Assembly: GCA_963815725.1 (NCBI GenBank)
Contig: CAWFHW010000009.1
Location: 103,256-167,255 of the forward strand
Direction of reading: 5' to 3'
DNA length: 64,000 nt
Origin: an uncultured Solirubrobacterales bacterium
GTDB lineage: Bacteria > Actinomycetota > Thermoleophilia > Solirubrobacterales > Solirubrobacteraceae
In this document: positions 9,772-18,439 of the stretch, piece by piece
Numbering within the stretch: position 1 is the first letter of the stretch
Layout: each line of letters begins with the position of its first letter
Made by a program: the position numbers and the translations under genes
Notes under the pieces: generated by a model
Seen by the model: the letters and a program-made list of their open reading frames with translations, nothing else
What the model was told of the DNA's origin: nothing
The model's database searches: none

Positions 9772-10835
9772 CGTGACCAGCTCTCGGCCGGCGGCGCGGG
9801 CTCGGCGCGGCTGCCCCAGGCAAGCGCCGACAGCAGCTGGCGCCTGTCTAACTTTCCGTCCGCATACAGCCGGGTCTGGTTGTCGGCGACAAGCAAGCCC
9901 TGCTGGTCGGCCTGCCAGAGGGTGCGGCTGCGATCCCAGCGCTCGGGCTCGTAGGCGACACCGGCACCGTCGATCACCAGCGCACGCAGGCCTGCCGCGC
10001 GCAGCTGAGCGGTGATGCAATGCGAACCGGACTCCAGCTTGTAGGTGTCCATCTTGTTTGTTAGCCGGCCGGTGCGCAGCGAGCGCAGACGGGCACGGTC
10101 CATGATGAAGGCGTTTGTGCGCAGATGGCGAGCCGGGAAGGAGTCGAACCAGAGCAGCTGCGGCACCAGCGCGGGCAGGTTGCGAACGAACGCACCCAGG
10201 CGGCCCGGCTCGGCCGGATGTCTGGCCGCATCCGCGCCGGTTGTGCCGGGGTCTTCGCCTACGCCTTTCTCTATATCCGTAACGGACGCGCGGCGATGCT
10301 CGCCGCCATGCTTGACCACGTCCGCTCTGGCGGCGCTGGGATGCTCGGCGTTCATCTGTGAGTATTGCGAGCGCGCGACCGCGCGACCGGGCAGCAGACC
10401 GCGATAGGGGCTCGGCAAGCCGAGCGAGTGCAGTACCCAGGAGCGGTTGCTGAACCACGATCCGGTGGCCCCCGCGATGCCGGCGCCGGTCCCGTCGAGA
10501 CCGGCATTCAGCTTGGCCAGCCAGTCGTCGACGAGCGGCTCGCTGTGAGAGTTGAGGAAGCAGATCCGATCGTGATCTAGCTCGGCCGCGACTCGCACGT
10601 ATGCCGCCAGGTCGAGTACCGGTTCGCGCAACGTGACGGTGCGTTGGCCGCACGCCTCGATCTCGGCCGCCAGCTCCTGACGATCCTCGGGATCTGCTTG
10701 GGGGAGGTCCAAGCCGTTGAGCGCAAGCACCAACTCGTGATCGACGCCGGCCGGGCGGGCACGATAGGCGGTGAGGAATCGGCGCACAGGCTCGACGCCG
10801 AGCGGACCCCAGACCAGGTAGACGACCGCGATCAC
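9768..10835 (-). CDS. uncharacterised protein U2, paralogue of 7883..8725 with a ~75-aa insertion
   Basis: MIAVVYLVWGPLGVEPVRRF..., PVLDLAAY, CFLNSHS, IAGATGSW, LRTNAFI, DTYKLESG all align with U1. Its stop overlaps (ATGA) the start of the downstream GT2. Confidence 0.75.
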   Translation of the reverse strand: MIAVVYLVWGPLGVEPVRRFLTAYRARPAGVDHELVLALNGLDLPQADPEDRQELAAEIEACGQRTVTLREPVLDLAAYVRVAAELDHDRICFLNSHSEPLVDDWLAKLNAGLDGTGAGIAGATGSWFSNRSWVLHSLGLPSPYRGLLPGRAVARSQYSQMNAEHPSAARADVVKHGGEHRRASVTDIEKGVGEDPGTTGADAARHPAEPGRLGAFVRNLPALVPQLLWFDSFPARHLRTNAFIMDRARLRSLRTGRLTNKMDTYKLESGSHCITAQLRAAGLRALVIDGAGVAYEPERWDRSRTLWQADQQGLLVADNQTRLYADGKLDRRQLLSALAWGSRAEPAPPAESWSR

Positions 10836-10839
10836 GGCC

Positions 10840-11868
10840 TTACTCTGCCCATTCGCGTATCCGCCGCTCGAAGCAGGCGGCGTCGATCGTGCGATGCCGC
10901 TGTATCTCGCGGCGCGCGCGCAGCCAAACCGGGGAGTGGCGAGCGAGGTCGAGCAGCGCGCGCATGTACACGCGCAGCATCCCGGCGCGTGTGCTGCGCA
11001 GCGCGATCAGGGCCTGCGCCCAGGCGATCCGGGGCGCGTGCCGCGCCAGGAACGGCAGCGGGACGTCCTTGATCAGGACGGCAAGGAGATTGCGGCGATG
11101 CAGCAAGAAGTAGAAGGGATCGACCTCGCCGCCGGTCGTGGCGCCGCCCATGTGATACGCGATCGCGGCGGGCGCATAAACACAGCGCACGCCTTGCAGC
11201 TGTGCGCGCAGACCCCAGTCGACATCCTCGAAGTAGGCGTAAAAGGACTCATCGAACGGGCCGACCGCGGCGAGGGCGGCCGCGGTGTAGAGAGCGGCGC
11301 CAGCGCAGGGCGCGAACACGTGTTCCTCTTGCTCGTACTGGCCTTCATCAGGCTGCGAGTGGCCGCGCCGGAAGGCGGTGCCATCGCGGGTGAAGATGTC
11401 CCCGGCGCCATCCAGCTCCGAGCGGCGCCAGTAGTTGAGCACCTTGCCCGACGCCGAGCCCGCGTCGGGGTGGCGCTCGAGCGCGGCGACCAGCTCGCCA
11501 AGCCAGCCCGGATCGAGTTCGACATCGTTGTTCAGAAGCGCGATCAGCTTGCCGGAGGCGGTGCTTACGGCGACGTTCAGGGCACGCGCGACGCCTACGT
11601 TGGCTGGCCCTACGCCGACGATGCGAACATCCGGCCAGTGCCGGCACAGGTAAGCCTTTGAGTCGTCGTCAGAGCAATCGTCGACGACGACGATCTCGAA
11701 GTCGCGATAACGCTGAGCCGCCAGCGAGGGCAGCATTGTTTCGAGCAGCTCGCGTCCGTTGTAGTTGAGGACCGCGAGTGTCACCGCCGGACCCGCGCCC
11801 TGGTCAGCGGTTCCTTGTCGTGATGCGGCGTCGGCGTCTCGCGCAGGGTCGGTGTCTAGCTCGGTCAT
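10840..11868 (-). CDS. family 2 glycosyltransferase (WbbL-like), paralogue of 8722..9771
   Basis: LAVLNYNGRELL, IVVVDDCSDDDS, LNNDVELD, YFEDVDWGLRAQLQG. 4-nt gap to the downstream U2 gene. Confidence 0.85.
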   Translation of the reverse strand: MTELDTDPARDADAASRQGTADQGAGPAVTLAVLNYNGRELLETMLPSLAAQRYRDFEIVVVDDCSDDDSKAYLCRHWPDVRIVGVGPANVGVARALNVAVSTASGKLIALLNNDVELDPGWLGELVAALERHPDAGSASGKVLNYWRRSELDGAGDIFTRDGTAFRRGHSQPDEGQYEQEEHVFAPCAGAALYTAAALAAVGPFDESFYAYFEDVDWGLRAQLQGVRCVYAPAAIAYHMGGATTGGEVDPFYFLLHRRNLLAVLIKDVPLPFLARHAPRIAWAQALIALRSTRAGMLRVYMRALLDLARHSPVWLRARREIQRHRTIDAACFERRIREWAE

Positions 11869-11893
11869 CGCGGCAACGGCCTCGGGCTCGCCG

Positions 11894-13498
11894 TCATTGC
11901 CTGGGGCGGAGGATCGCGGGCAGGCCGGGGACGAGATCGATCAGCTCGGGAGGGTAGGCGCGCGTGAGCAGGAGCGCAACGGCGAACAGCACGGTCGAGA
12001 CGACCAGGCGCGCGATTACCGGGATGCCGGTCAGGGCAAGCGGCGCCAGGCCTAGACCCGCCGCGAGCGCGACCCCCGGCACGATGCGCAGCGAGGGCCG
12101 CAGCTGAGGTCGTCCGCGGACGACCGCCAGGCATTGGGTTATCCCGAGCGCGATCTCGCCGATCGACGTCCCGATCGCCGCTCCCTCCGCGCCGTCGACG
12201 CCCACCAAGACCGCGACCAGCGCGGCCGTGAGCGCCAGACCGCCGAGGCTGATCGCCAGGATGACGCGGTACAGGCCGAGGCTAAGAAGGCCGTTGGCCC
12301 ACACGAGGCTGACGAACATGGCGCCGAGACTGATCCCCTGCAGCGCCAGCACGGGGACTGCCGGCTCAAAGCTCGGACCGCCGACGATCGCGATCGCCAA
12401 CGGCGCGCCTACCGCGATCGAGACCGACACCCAGGCGCCGACGATCAAGCCGACCTCGAACACTCTGCCGAGCGCGTAGCCGAGACGGTCGTGATCGGTG
12501 TCGGCGGCGCGAGAGAAGATCGGCAGCGCCGCGCCCGTCAGCAGGGCCGGCACCACCGTCAGCACTTCGATGATCCGGAACGAAGCACTGAAGTAGCCCA
12601 GCTCGGCGGCGCTGCCGAGGATCGAGACGAGCAGGATCGACACCCTGAAGTAGACGGAGGAGGCGGCGACGGCCGCGGAATAGGGCAGCATCGGCCCGGC
12701 GAACCGGCGCCAGCGGCGCAGGTTGAACGAGGGCCTGAGGGTGCGCGTGCCGCGCACGAGCAAGGCGGTCGGGACGAGCACGATCAGGCCGACCGGGATC
12801 GAGACGCCCAGGAACGGGAGCAGCGAGGCGCCGGCAATGACCAAGAGGACTATGAACAGCGTTGTCAGCAGCTGGCGCGCAAGGTCGAGCGCCGCGACCG
12901 AACCGAGCCGTAGGCCGATGACGAGAGGTAGAGAGAAATTGTCTTGTGTGGCCTGCAGGCCAAGTCCGACGCAGGCGAGGGCAACCCCGGCGGCCAGCGT
13001 CGGCGAGTAGGCGACCCAGGCGATCGCGACTACCAGGAGTCCGCCTACGGACGTGAGCGCGATGCGCAGGCCGAGCAGATCGCGCGCCAAGGGCCAGCGA
13101 TCCGCGGGCGAGCGGATCGACAGCTCGCGGACCCCGACCGCGGTCAGACCAAGGTCCGACAGGACACCGACGATTGCGACAAGCGACATGGCCGTGACGT
13201 ATTCGCCGGTGCCCGTCACGCCGAGATGGCGGAACAGCAGCGACGCACCGAGGACGCTGACGAGGGCGCCGACGATGTAGCCGCCCACACGCAGGCCGCC
13301 GCCCCGGGCCGCCGCCGAACCGGCGGCGGTGGTCGACAGCACGTCCTCGCCGGCGGACTCCGAGCCGGCGGGCTCCGAGTATGAGGGGCGTGCGGATGCG
13401 ATGGCCGAGGATGCTAAAGCCCGCGGACCCGGAGCCGAGCTTGGACCGGCCACCGATGCCCTGTGGCGCGGACCTGCCGAGACAGCCAATAACCTCAC
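11894..13498 (-). CDS. MOP/Wzx-type polysaccharide flippase (about 12-14 TM)
   Basis: Continuous hydrophobic helices from GGYIVGALVSVLGASLLFRHLGVTGTGEY onward. The N-terminal ~50 aa of the track ORF look non-native, and a GTG at 13342 is an alternative start. Confidence 0.8.
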   Translation of the reverse strand: MRLLAVSAGPRHRASVAGPSSAPGPRALASSAIASARPSYSEPAGSESAGEDVLSTTAAGSAAARGGGLRVGGYIVGALVSVLGASLLFRHLGVTGTGEYVTAMSLVAIVGVLSDLGLTAVGVRELSIRSPADRWPLARDLLGLRIALTSVGGLLVVAIAWVAYSPTLAAGVALACVGLGLQATQDNFSLPLVIGLRLGSVAALDLARQLLTTLFIVLLVIAGASLLPFLGVSIPVGLIVLVPTALLVRGTRTLRPSFNLRRWRRFAGPMLPYSAAVAASSVYFRVSILLVSILGSAAELGYFSASFRIIEVLTVVPALLTGAALPIFSRAADTDHDRLGYALGRVFEVGLIVGAWVSVSIAVGAPLAIAIVGGPSFEPAVPVLALQGISLGAMFVSLVWANGLLSLGLYRVILAISLGGLALTAALVAVLVGVDGAEGAAIGTSIGEIALGITQCLAVVRGRPQLRPSLRIVPGVALAAGLGLAPLALTGIPVIARLVVSTVLFAVALLLTRAYPPELIDLVPGLPAILRPRQ

Positions 13499-13501
13499 CT
13501 A

Positions 13502-13960
13502 ATGACCTACACGACCGCCGACGGCCGGGCCCAGCTACTCGACATGCTCGCGAAGGCCGTCGCCGAGATCGGGATCGGGTTGTCGGACCTGGGCGAGGCT
13601 TACGAGCTGCTCGACGAGCAGACGGCGGACCGGCTGGAGAAGGAGCTGTTCGGGCCGGTGCAGGCGGCGTATGGAAAGGCGCGGCGCGCGTACGGGTCGT
13701 TCGCGGAGCGTTACGGTCTGCCGGGCAAGACGTTCGGGCAGACGCCGAGGGGGGCGCCGTCAACGGGGGCGAAGGGCTTCATCGACCTGGCTGTCGAAGC
13801 GGTCGCGAGGGCCGACCAGGAGCTGGCGGGCCTGCAGGACTCGATGCTGCCGATCGAGGTCGGCGACGCCGAGCTGAGGACCGGTTTGCAGGAGGTAAGG
13901 GAGCTGTTGGACGTCGTACGCAAGCGGGCCAAGGCGCTGGAGCGCACGCTCGGGCGCTAG
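13502..13960 (+). CDS. hypothetical helical protein
   Basis: 152-aa ORF with balanced, protein-like composition (MTYTTADGRAQLLDMLAKAVAEIG...). No family recognised. Confidence 0.55.
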   Translation: MTYTTADGRAQLLDMLAKAVAEIGIGLSDLGEAYELLDEQTADRLEKELFGPVQAAYGKARRAYGSFAERYGLPGKTFGQTPRGAPSTGAKGFIDLAVEAVARADQELAGLQDSMLPIEVGDAELRTGLQEVRELLDVVRKRAKALERTLGR

Positions 13961-14005
13961 CCCTGACGCATACGATGACGGGCTGAACTTCTTTGCCTTT
14001 ATGCC

Positions 14006-14110
14006 GGACTGAACTCCCCCGCTTTTTGCATTATCCCCAGCGCAGACTCCACAATCTCCCCGCCGCAAGCTCTACAATCTCCCCGCTATAATCATTGCAT
14101 TCTCCCCCCT
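14006..14110. repeat. array of about five degenerate 18-23 bp direct repeats ending in TCCCC
   Basis: Units read directly: tgaactccccc (14010), tgcattatcccc (14027), ccacaatctcccc (14049), ctacaatctcccc (14072), tgcattctcccc (14096). The two central units are near-identical 23-mers. Confidence 0.7.
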
Positions 14111-14173
14111 GACTATCAGCCCAGAGTCGTCGACCGCGAGCTGGAGGCTTACCTGAGCGCCGTTGGCGCTGTC

Positions 14174-15358
14174 GTGATCGAGGGGCCGCGGGCGTGCGGA
14201 AAGACCGCCACCGCCAGGCAGGTCGCGGCCAGCGAGGTTCTGCTGGACGTCGATGAAAACGCCCGGCAGGCGATCGCGATCGACCCGGCGCTCGTGCTCG
14301 AGGGCGAGACGCCCCGCCTCATCGACGAGTGGCAGATCGAGCCGGCCGTCTGGAACCACGTCCGTAGGGCGATCGACGACCGGCCGGGCCCTGGCCGATT
14401 CGTGTTGACCGGCTCGGCGGTTCCAGGCGATGACATCACGCGACATACCGGCGCCAGGCGTATCGCCAGGCTGCGGATGCGCCCGATGAGCCTGTTCGAG
14501 ACGGGACACAGTAACGGCAGCGTCTCGCTGGCCGAACTACTGGAGGGCGAGATGAGTGCGAGCGCCGACCCGGGATTGACCGTGGCCGGCGTCGCGCGGG
14601 CGCTCAGCCTGGGCGGCTGGCCGGGCCTGCGCGGGCGTGGCGTTGCGGACGGACTGCTCGCGGTGCGCGGCTACCTCGACGAGATCGCCCGCGTCGACAT
14701 CGGCCGCATGGGCGCTACACGCCACGACCCGAACCGGATGGCCCGGCTGCTCGCGAGCCTCGCGCGCAACGTCGCTACTCACGCCGCGGCGACGACCCTC
14801 GCTCGGGACACCGGCGATCCGGGCGACCCGTTGAAGGACGACACGGTACGCGAGTACCTACGCGCGCTGGAGCGGCTGATGGTCGTCGAGGACCAGCCCG
14901 CCTGGGGGCCACATCTGCGCTCCAAGAACCGGCTGCGCACAGCCCCGAAGCGACACTTCGTCGATCCCTCGCTGGCGGTGGCGGCACTGCGCGCGACACC
15001 TGAGCGGCTGCTGGACAACCTTAACCTGCTCGGCTTCTTGTTCGAGTCGCTGGTGGTGCGCGATCTGCGCGTCTATGCGCAGGCCGCGGACGGGCGGGTC
15101 TTGCAGTACCGCGACAACGGCGGTCTCGAGGTCGACGCGATCGTCGAGACGGGGGACGGGCGCTGGATGGCATTCGAGGTGAAGCTGGGGCAAGGTCAGA
15201 TCGATGACGCCGCGACGAGCCTGATGCGGTTCGCCGAACGGATCGACACGGCAAGATGCGGGAGCCCGGCACTGCTGGGCGTTATCGTCGCAACCGGCTA
15301 CGGCTATCGGCGCAAGGACGGTGTTGCGGTCATCCCGATCGGAGCGCTCGGACCCTGA
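14174..15358 (+). CDS. AAA-family ATPase with DUF4143-like C-terminal region
   Basis: Walker A GPRACGKT and Walker B-like PRLIDEWQ. Family-like N-terminal sequence DYQPRVVDRELEAYLSAVGAV continues in frame upstream to 14111 with no ATG/GTG/TTG, so the true start is uncertain. Confidence 0.8.
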   Translation: MIEGPRACGKTATARQVAASEVLLDVDENARQAIAIDPALVLEGETPRLIDEWQIEPAVWNHVRRAIDDRPGPGRFVLTGSAVPGDDITRHTGARRIARLRMRPMSLFETGHSNGSVSLAELLEGEMSASADPGLTVAGVARALSLGGWPGLRGRGVADGLLAVRGYLDEIARVDIGRMGATRHDPNRMARLLASLARNVATHAAATTLARDTGDPGDPLKDDTVREYLRALERLMVVEDQPAWGPHLRSKNRLRTAPKRHFVDPSLAVAALRATPERLLDNLNLLGFLFESLVVRDLRVYAQAADGRVLQYRDNGGLEVDAIVETGDGRWMAFEVKLGQGQIDDAATSLMRFAERIDTARCGSPALLGVIVATGYGYRRKDGVAVIPIGALGP

Positions 15359-15366
15359 ACCCTGAC

Positions 15367-15894
15367 TCAAGCCCGCCACTTGATCGAGCAGCCGACCGGT
15401 TCGGTCTCGGCGAGGTCGGGCTCGCGGCCGTCGAGGATCGCGTCGAGCGCGGCCCTGATGTGGGCGGCGTTCTGGGACGGATCGTCGTAGTCGGCGTCAG
15501 GGGCGCCCCGGTAGCGAAGGACGAGGTCGGAGTCGAGGACGAACACGTCGGGAGTCGTCTTGGCGTCATAGGCTTTGGCGACTGACTGAGACTCGTCCCT
15601 CAGATAGGGGACGCCGTCGAATTCGCCGGCCTGCACGCGCGCGCGCATCGCCTCGAGCGAGTCGTTCGGGTAGCGGTCGGCGTCGTTGGGGTTAATCGCG
15701 AGCACGATTACGCCGCGGTCGGCGTAGTCGTGGGCGACCGCGATTGTGCGCACGTGCCAGGCAAGGGCGTAAGGGCAGTGGTTGCACGTGAAGATGACGA
15801 CCGTCGCGGGCGAAGTGACCAGCTCGTGGACGGCGCCGGCGGTGTCGGGCAGGGCGAAGTCTGGGGCGGGCTCGCCGATCGCGATCGGGGTCAT
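15367..15894 (-). CDS. thioredoxin-fold thiol-disulfide oxidoreductase (AhpC/TSA-redoxin-like)
   Basis: 175-aa ORF, GEPAPDFALPD...VVIFTCNHCPY with a CxxC motif. Confidence 0.8.
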   Translation of the reverse strand: MTPIAIGEPAPDFALPDTAGAVHELVTSPATVVIFTCNHCPYALAWHVRTIAVAHDYADRGVIVLAINPNDADRYPNDSLEAMRARVQAGEFDGVPYLRDESQSVAKAYDAKTTPDVFVLDSDLVLRYRGAPDADYDDPSQNAAHIRAALDAILDGREPDLAETEPVGCSIKWRA

Positions 15895-15902
15895 GTGTGG
15901 GC

Positions 15903-16229
15903 TCAGTCCTTTCGGGGTCGTGCTTTGGCGAGCGCGTCGCGGATGTCGGCCGGGTCCGGAGTCGGCGAGATGCGACCGTCGCGGAGATGGTAGACACGGC
16001 AGGTCAAGCCATAAGGCTCTTGAACGTTAGGCGGCCGGATGTCGACGCCGTCGATCAAGATTGTTGGGGAGCCGACAAAATGCTCGCGGGCGGCGTCGGC
16101 CTCTGTCTGGATCTCTTTGATCGCGATCGTCTCGGAGTCGAAGCCTGAGTCGGCCATCGCGGCGCGCAGCTCGGCCAATGCCTTCGGATGGGAGGGACAG
16201 CCTTGCCAGAACAAGAACTCGACGCGCAT
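15903..16229 (-). CDS. small thioredoxin/glutaredoxin-fold protein
   Basis: 108-aa C-terminal part of the 864-aa track ORF, starting at ATG 16229: MRVEFLFWQGCPSHPKAL...FVGSPTILIDGVDI. The rest of that long ORF is antisense to real genes. Confidence 0.7.
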   Translation of the reverse strand: MRVEFLFWQGCPSHPKALAELRAAMADSGFDSETIAIKEIQTEADAAREHFVGSPTILIDGVDIRPPNVQEPYGLTCRVYHLRDGRISPTPDPADIRDALAKARPRKD

Positions 16230-16286
16230 GAGCCAAAGGCTAGCCTGCCGCCGGGACCGGACCGGCCTGTGTGAGACTGAGCCGCG

Positions 16287-17258
16287 ATGAGTAGACCGAG
16301 GTCGAGGGACCAAGTCGGAGCGACGAGCCGGGTGACTTCCGAGCGGCGCCAACCGAAGCTCGCGGTGGTCGGCCATGTCGAGTGGGTGACGTTCGCGAGG
16401 GTCGAGGAGGTGCCGATAGCCGGCGAGATCGTGCACGCCGAGGACCCGTTCGAGGAGCCGGCCGGCGGCGGCGCGGTGGCGGCCGTGCAGCTGGCGAAGC
16501 TCGCCGGTCAGTGCACGTTGATAACGGCGCTCGGCGAAGACGAGCACGGCCGTAAGGCGGTGGCGCGACTGGAGGAGCTGGGCGTCGAGGTGAGGGCGGC
16601 GTGGCGTAAAGGCGAGCAAACGCGGACGGCGGTGACGCTGGTGGACAGAGCAAGCGAGCGGACGATCGTGACGTTGGGCCCACGTTTGGAGCCGACCGGC
16701 GCGGACGAAGAGCTGGGATGGGAAGGACTGGCGGCGATGGACGCTGTGTATTTCACCGCCGGCGACAGGGTTGCGCTGGAGCGGGCGCGGGCGGCGCGCG
16801 TGCTCGTCGCAAGCCCGCGGGCGGTGGACGCGCTCGGGCGGGATGTCGAGACGGATGCGGCCGGGCGGCAAGGCGTCGAAGCGGACGCGCCAGAACGGAG
16901 CGTCGAGCTGGACGCGATGGTCCTCAGCGAGGACGACGCGCTGGAGCAGGCGGAGGCGCAAGCGGCCGGCGCGGGCGCGCGGGCCGGTTTGGTCGTGCGG
17001 ACGGAGGGCGCGAGGGGCGGCGTCTATGAAACGAGCGCGGGCGAGACCGGCTCGTGGCGGGCGGCGCGGCTGCCGGGCGAGGTGATCGACTCTTACGGCT
17101 GCGGCGACTCGTTCGCGGCCGGCTTGACGTTCGGCCTGGGCGCGGGCATGGCGACCAGGGCCGCGCTCGATCTGGCCGCACGCTGTGGTGCGGTTTGTAT
17201 GACCGGGAAAGGGCCCTACGGGGCGCAGCTGTCGGCGGCGGACATCGCGGACACGTAG
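16287..17258 (+). CDS. PfkB-family carbohydrate kinase (ribokinase-like)
   Basis: KLAVVGHVEW...GGGAVAAVQLAKLAG, and PfkB signature DSYGCGDSFAAGLTFGL near the C-terminus. Confidence 0.8.
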   Translation: MSRPRSRDQVGATSRVTSERRQPKLAVVGHVEWVTFARVEEVPIAGEIVHAEDPFEEPAGGGAVAAVQLAKLAGQCTLITALGEDEHGRKAVARLEELGVEVRAAWRKGEQTRTAVTLVDRASERTIVTLGPRLEPTGADEELGWEGLAAMDAVYFTAGDRVALERARAARVLVASPRAVDALGRDVETDAAGRQGVEADAPERSVELDAMVLSEDDALEQAEAQAAGAGARAGLVVRTEGARGGVYETSAGETGSWRAARLPGEVIDSYGCGDSFAAGLTFGLGAGMATRAALDLAARCGAVCMTGKGPYGAQLSAADIADT

Positions 17259-17330
17259 GCGACGGACTCGGCGGCGAGGCCGAAGACGTCGGAGGGCGAA
17301 GAGGGCCGAAGAGACCCATAATGGGGCGGG

Positions 17331-18437
17331 ATGGAGGACTCGGCGAGGACGGTGGTGCTGAAGGACGACGATTCGGGCCTGCGGGCGGAGTGGGTTCCGG
17401 AGGCGGGCATGTTGTGCTCGTCGTTGACCCGCCGCGGCGAGGAGCTGCTGGCCCAGAACGAAGGCCTGCGAGCGTATGTCGAGCGCGGCAAGACGTTCGG
17501 CATACCGCTGCTGTATCCGTGGGCGAACAGGCTGGCCGGCTGGTCTTATGAGGCTGCCGGCAAGAGCGTCACAATCGAGCACGACCGGACGCTGATCGCA
17601 ACGGACGGCGAAGGGCTGCCGATCCACGGCGTCATCGGTGGACGGCAACACTGGAAAACGGACGCAGACGCGCGTGCGTACGCGCGCGCGGGGGGCACCC
17701 CCCAAAAAGAGAACCATCAAACCGCTGGCCGACCGATGCCCGGCACGAGCGGAGTCAGGGCCGGACACGGACGACTGACCGCGACCTTGGCCTGGACCGC
17801 GGACCAAGAGGACCTGTTCGGAGTGTTCCCGTTCGAGCACGAGGTCCGCTACGAAGCAGAGCTGGCCGGCGGCGTAGTGACGGTGACGGTGACGGTCGAG
17901 GCGTGCGGCGATGACGAGGTGCCGGTGGCGTTCGGCTTTCACCCGTACCTGTCGTTGGCGGGCGCCAAACGAGAGCGTTATGAGATCGAGCTGCCGAAGA
18001 TGGAGCGGCTGAAGCTCGACGAGCGGCAGATCCCGGAGGGCGACGGCGAGTGGGCGCCGCCCTGGCGAGGGGCGCTGGCGGACAAAGTCTGGGATGACGG
18101 CTACGGATCGCTGGCAGAGCCGGCTGGGTTCGCCGTTCAGGCGGCCGGGCGAAGGATCGAGATGACCTTCGTGGAGGGGTATCCGAACGCCCAGACGTAT
18201 GCCCCGAAGGGCGGCCAATTCGTGTGCTTCGAGCCGATGACGGCGCCCGCGAACGCGCTGCGAAGCGGCGACGGGCTGACGGTGTTGGGGCGAGGCGAGC
18301 GGTACGTCGCGAGCTGGCGGCTGAGGGTGCTGGACGTGGCGCCGGGCGGGCCGGGCGCGGCGCCGGGCGCGGAGGGCGCGGCCCAGGACCCGGCGGGCGC
18401 GCGGGCAAGCCGGCGGGACTCCGCGCCAGGGGCGTAG
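17331..18437 (+). CDS. aldose 1-epimerase family protein (with an internal insertion)
   Basis: FGIPLLYPWANRL, GLPIHGV, FGFHPYL and CFEPMTAPANAL motifs. A ~40-aa insertion follows HW (aa 109-146), and the C-terminal tail is P/G/A-rich. Confidence 0.75.
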   Translation: MEDSARTVVLKDDDSGLRAEWVPEAGMLCSSLTRRGEELLAQNEGLRAYVERGKTFGIPLLYPWANRLAGWSYEAAGKSVTIEHDRTLIATDGEGLPIHGVIGGRQHWKTDADARAYARAGGTPQKENHQTAGRPMPGTSGVRAGHGRLTATLAWTADQEDLFGVFPFEHEVRYEAELAGGVVTVTVTVEACGDDEVPVAFGFHPYLSLAGAKRERYEIELPKMERLKLDERQIPEGDGEWAPPWRGALADKVWDDGYGSLAEPAGFAVQAAGRRIEMTFVEGYPNAQTYAPKGGQFVCFEPMTAPANALRSGDGLTVLGRGERYVASWRLRVLDVAPGGPGAAPGAEGAAQDPAGARASRRDSAPGA

Positions 18438-18439
18438 CG

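Noticed and set aside
8726-10653. N-terminal extensions of track ORFs 7883..9211 and 8722..10653
   Set aside because: The extensions overlap the upstream genes and are arginine-rich. Paralogue alignment and the ATGA overlaps place the real starts at 8725 and 9771.
14006-14110. CRISPR array
   Set aside because: The repeats are only about 11-23 bp, degenerate and directly abutting without unique spacers, and there are no cas genes. It is treated as a regulatory or iteron-like repeat instead.
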